This document shows positions 63,125-64,000 of a stretch of DNA of 64,000 nucleotides, piece after piece. Within the stretch, counting starts at the first letter, position 1; each line of letters begins with the position of its first letter. The position numbers and the translations under genes are program-made. The notes beneath the pieces are model-generated. The model saw nothing but the letters and a program-made list of their open reading frames with translations, was not told where the DNA came from and ran no database searches. The stretch comes from Lingula anatina (taxonomy: Eukaryota; Animalia; Brachiopoda), in contig CM120641.1 of the NCBI GenBank assembly GCA_051362555.1, forward strand, positions 29,332,401-29,396,400, in the 5' to 3' direction.

Positions 63125-64000
63125 TGTAACATGAAAATCTGACTCCCATGAAAATCTGACTCCCCCAGTCAGATTTTCATAATGAAATTCTGACTCCCCC
63201 CATGAAAATTTGACTCCCCCTCCACATAACTTCATAAATCTTATTTTATTTGAGTATATGACTGTGATCTTGTAGTATGTAAAATGGAGGATTCATTGGC
63301 ACTTTTTTTTAGTTTGCGGGTTAATATTTTCATGAAAAAACTAGTAAATTAAAAATGTGCACTTAACCGCCCATTGTCTCCCCTATGAAAAAGCTATTTA
63401 TATATGATATTGGATGATCATTTCTACATCTTTCCTTTAAATTAACTTTATGAAGATTATGTTGGAAATATTTGAGTTTGATGGTAAACTATTGGGTGAA
63501 AAAACTAAATAAACAAGAAAAATAGAAAATTAAAAATGTGCATTTTATCACCCAATAACTCCCCTATGAAAAAGCTATCTATTAAATATTTGATGATCAT
63601 TTCAACACCTTTCCTTAACTTTTACTTTATGAAGATTTTATTGGATATATTTGAAAGTTTGATGGTAAAATATTGGGTGAAAAAACAAAACAAATAAAAA
63701 ATAAATAAAAAAAAAACATGAAAAATAAGAAAATTAAAAACGTGCATTTTATCATCCAATAACTCCCTATGAAAAAGCTATCTATTTAATATCTGATGAT
63801 CATTTCAACACCTTTCCTTTTAAGACACTTTATGAAAACTATATTGGTATATTGGAAATATTAAAAGTTTGATGATAAAATAGTGAGTGAAATAATGAAA
63901 AAGAAATCATGAAAATCTTCATTTTTATACTCATGAGATTTGGACTCCCATGAAGAAAAAGACCTATTTTATATTCAGTCACCATACCAATGTTTTCCAC
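63125..64000. mobile_element. AT-rich repetitive element starting ccgg|tgtaacatgaaaatctgactccc, with short terminal subrepeats and ~180-200-bp internal tandem repeats; runs off the window
   Basis: Abrupt switch from array sequence after ccgg (63121-63124); catgaaaatctgactccc repeated several times; ctccc(c)tatgaaaaagctat at ~63380, ~63560, ~63763. Confidence 0.65.

Overview
Eukaryotic, AT-rich invertebrate genomic DNA; the embedded 18S fragments look lophotrochozoan, which is an inference. Bases 1-39.8 kb hold five genes reconstructed by hand from GT-AG junctions: (1) a 14-exon Mutator/MULE-type DDE transposase gene with a CaRF-like N-terminus, a SWIM finger and a C-terminal Ulp1/C48-like protease; (2) a Shisa-like single-pass membrane protein; (3) SMIM12; (4) a PMP22/claudin-like tetraspan; (5) an orphan coiled-coil protein. 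This region also has a tRNA-Gly pseudogene and many non-autonomous elements (two HINE/Helentron-like copies, several MITEs, a 2.39-kb foldback). From about 39.8 to 63.1 kb lies a highly homogeneous GC-rich tandem array of 1.86-2.18-kb units. On the minus strand each unit reads like a collapsed rDNA repeat: candidate start site, 3-4 structured 303/309-bp subrepeats, poly(A), the 18S rRNA 5' end fused to an internal 18S piece, a hairpin plus T-rich tract, repeated AAAATRCGGTT motifs, and a tRNA-derived Pol III cassette flanked by two diverged copies of a ~100-120-bp module. Four units form a 7,771-bp higher-order repeat present twice. The long ORFs in the array are judged spurious. All calls are by eye, with no database searches.
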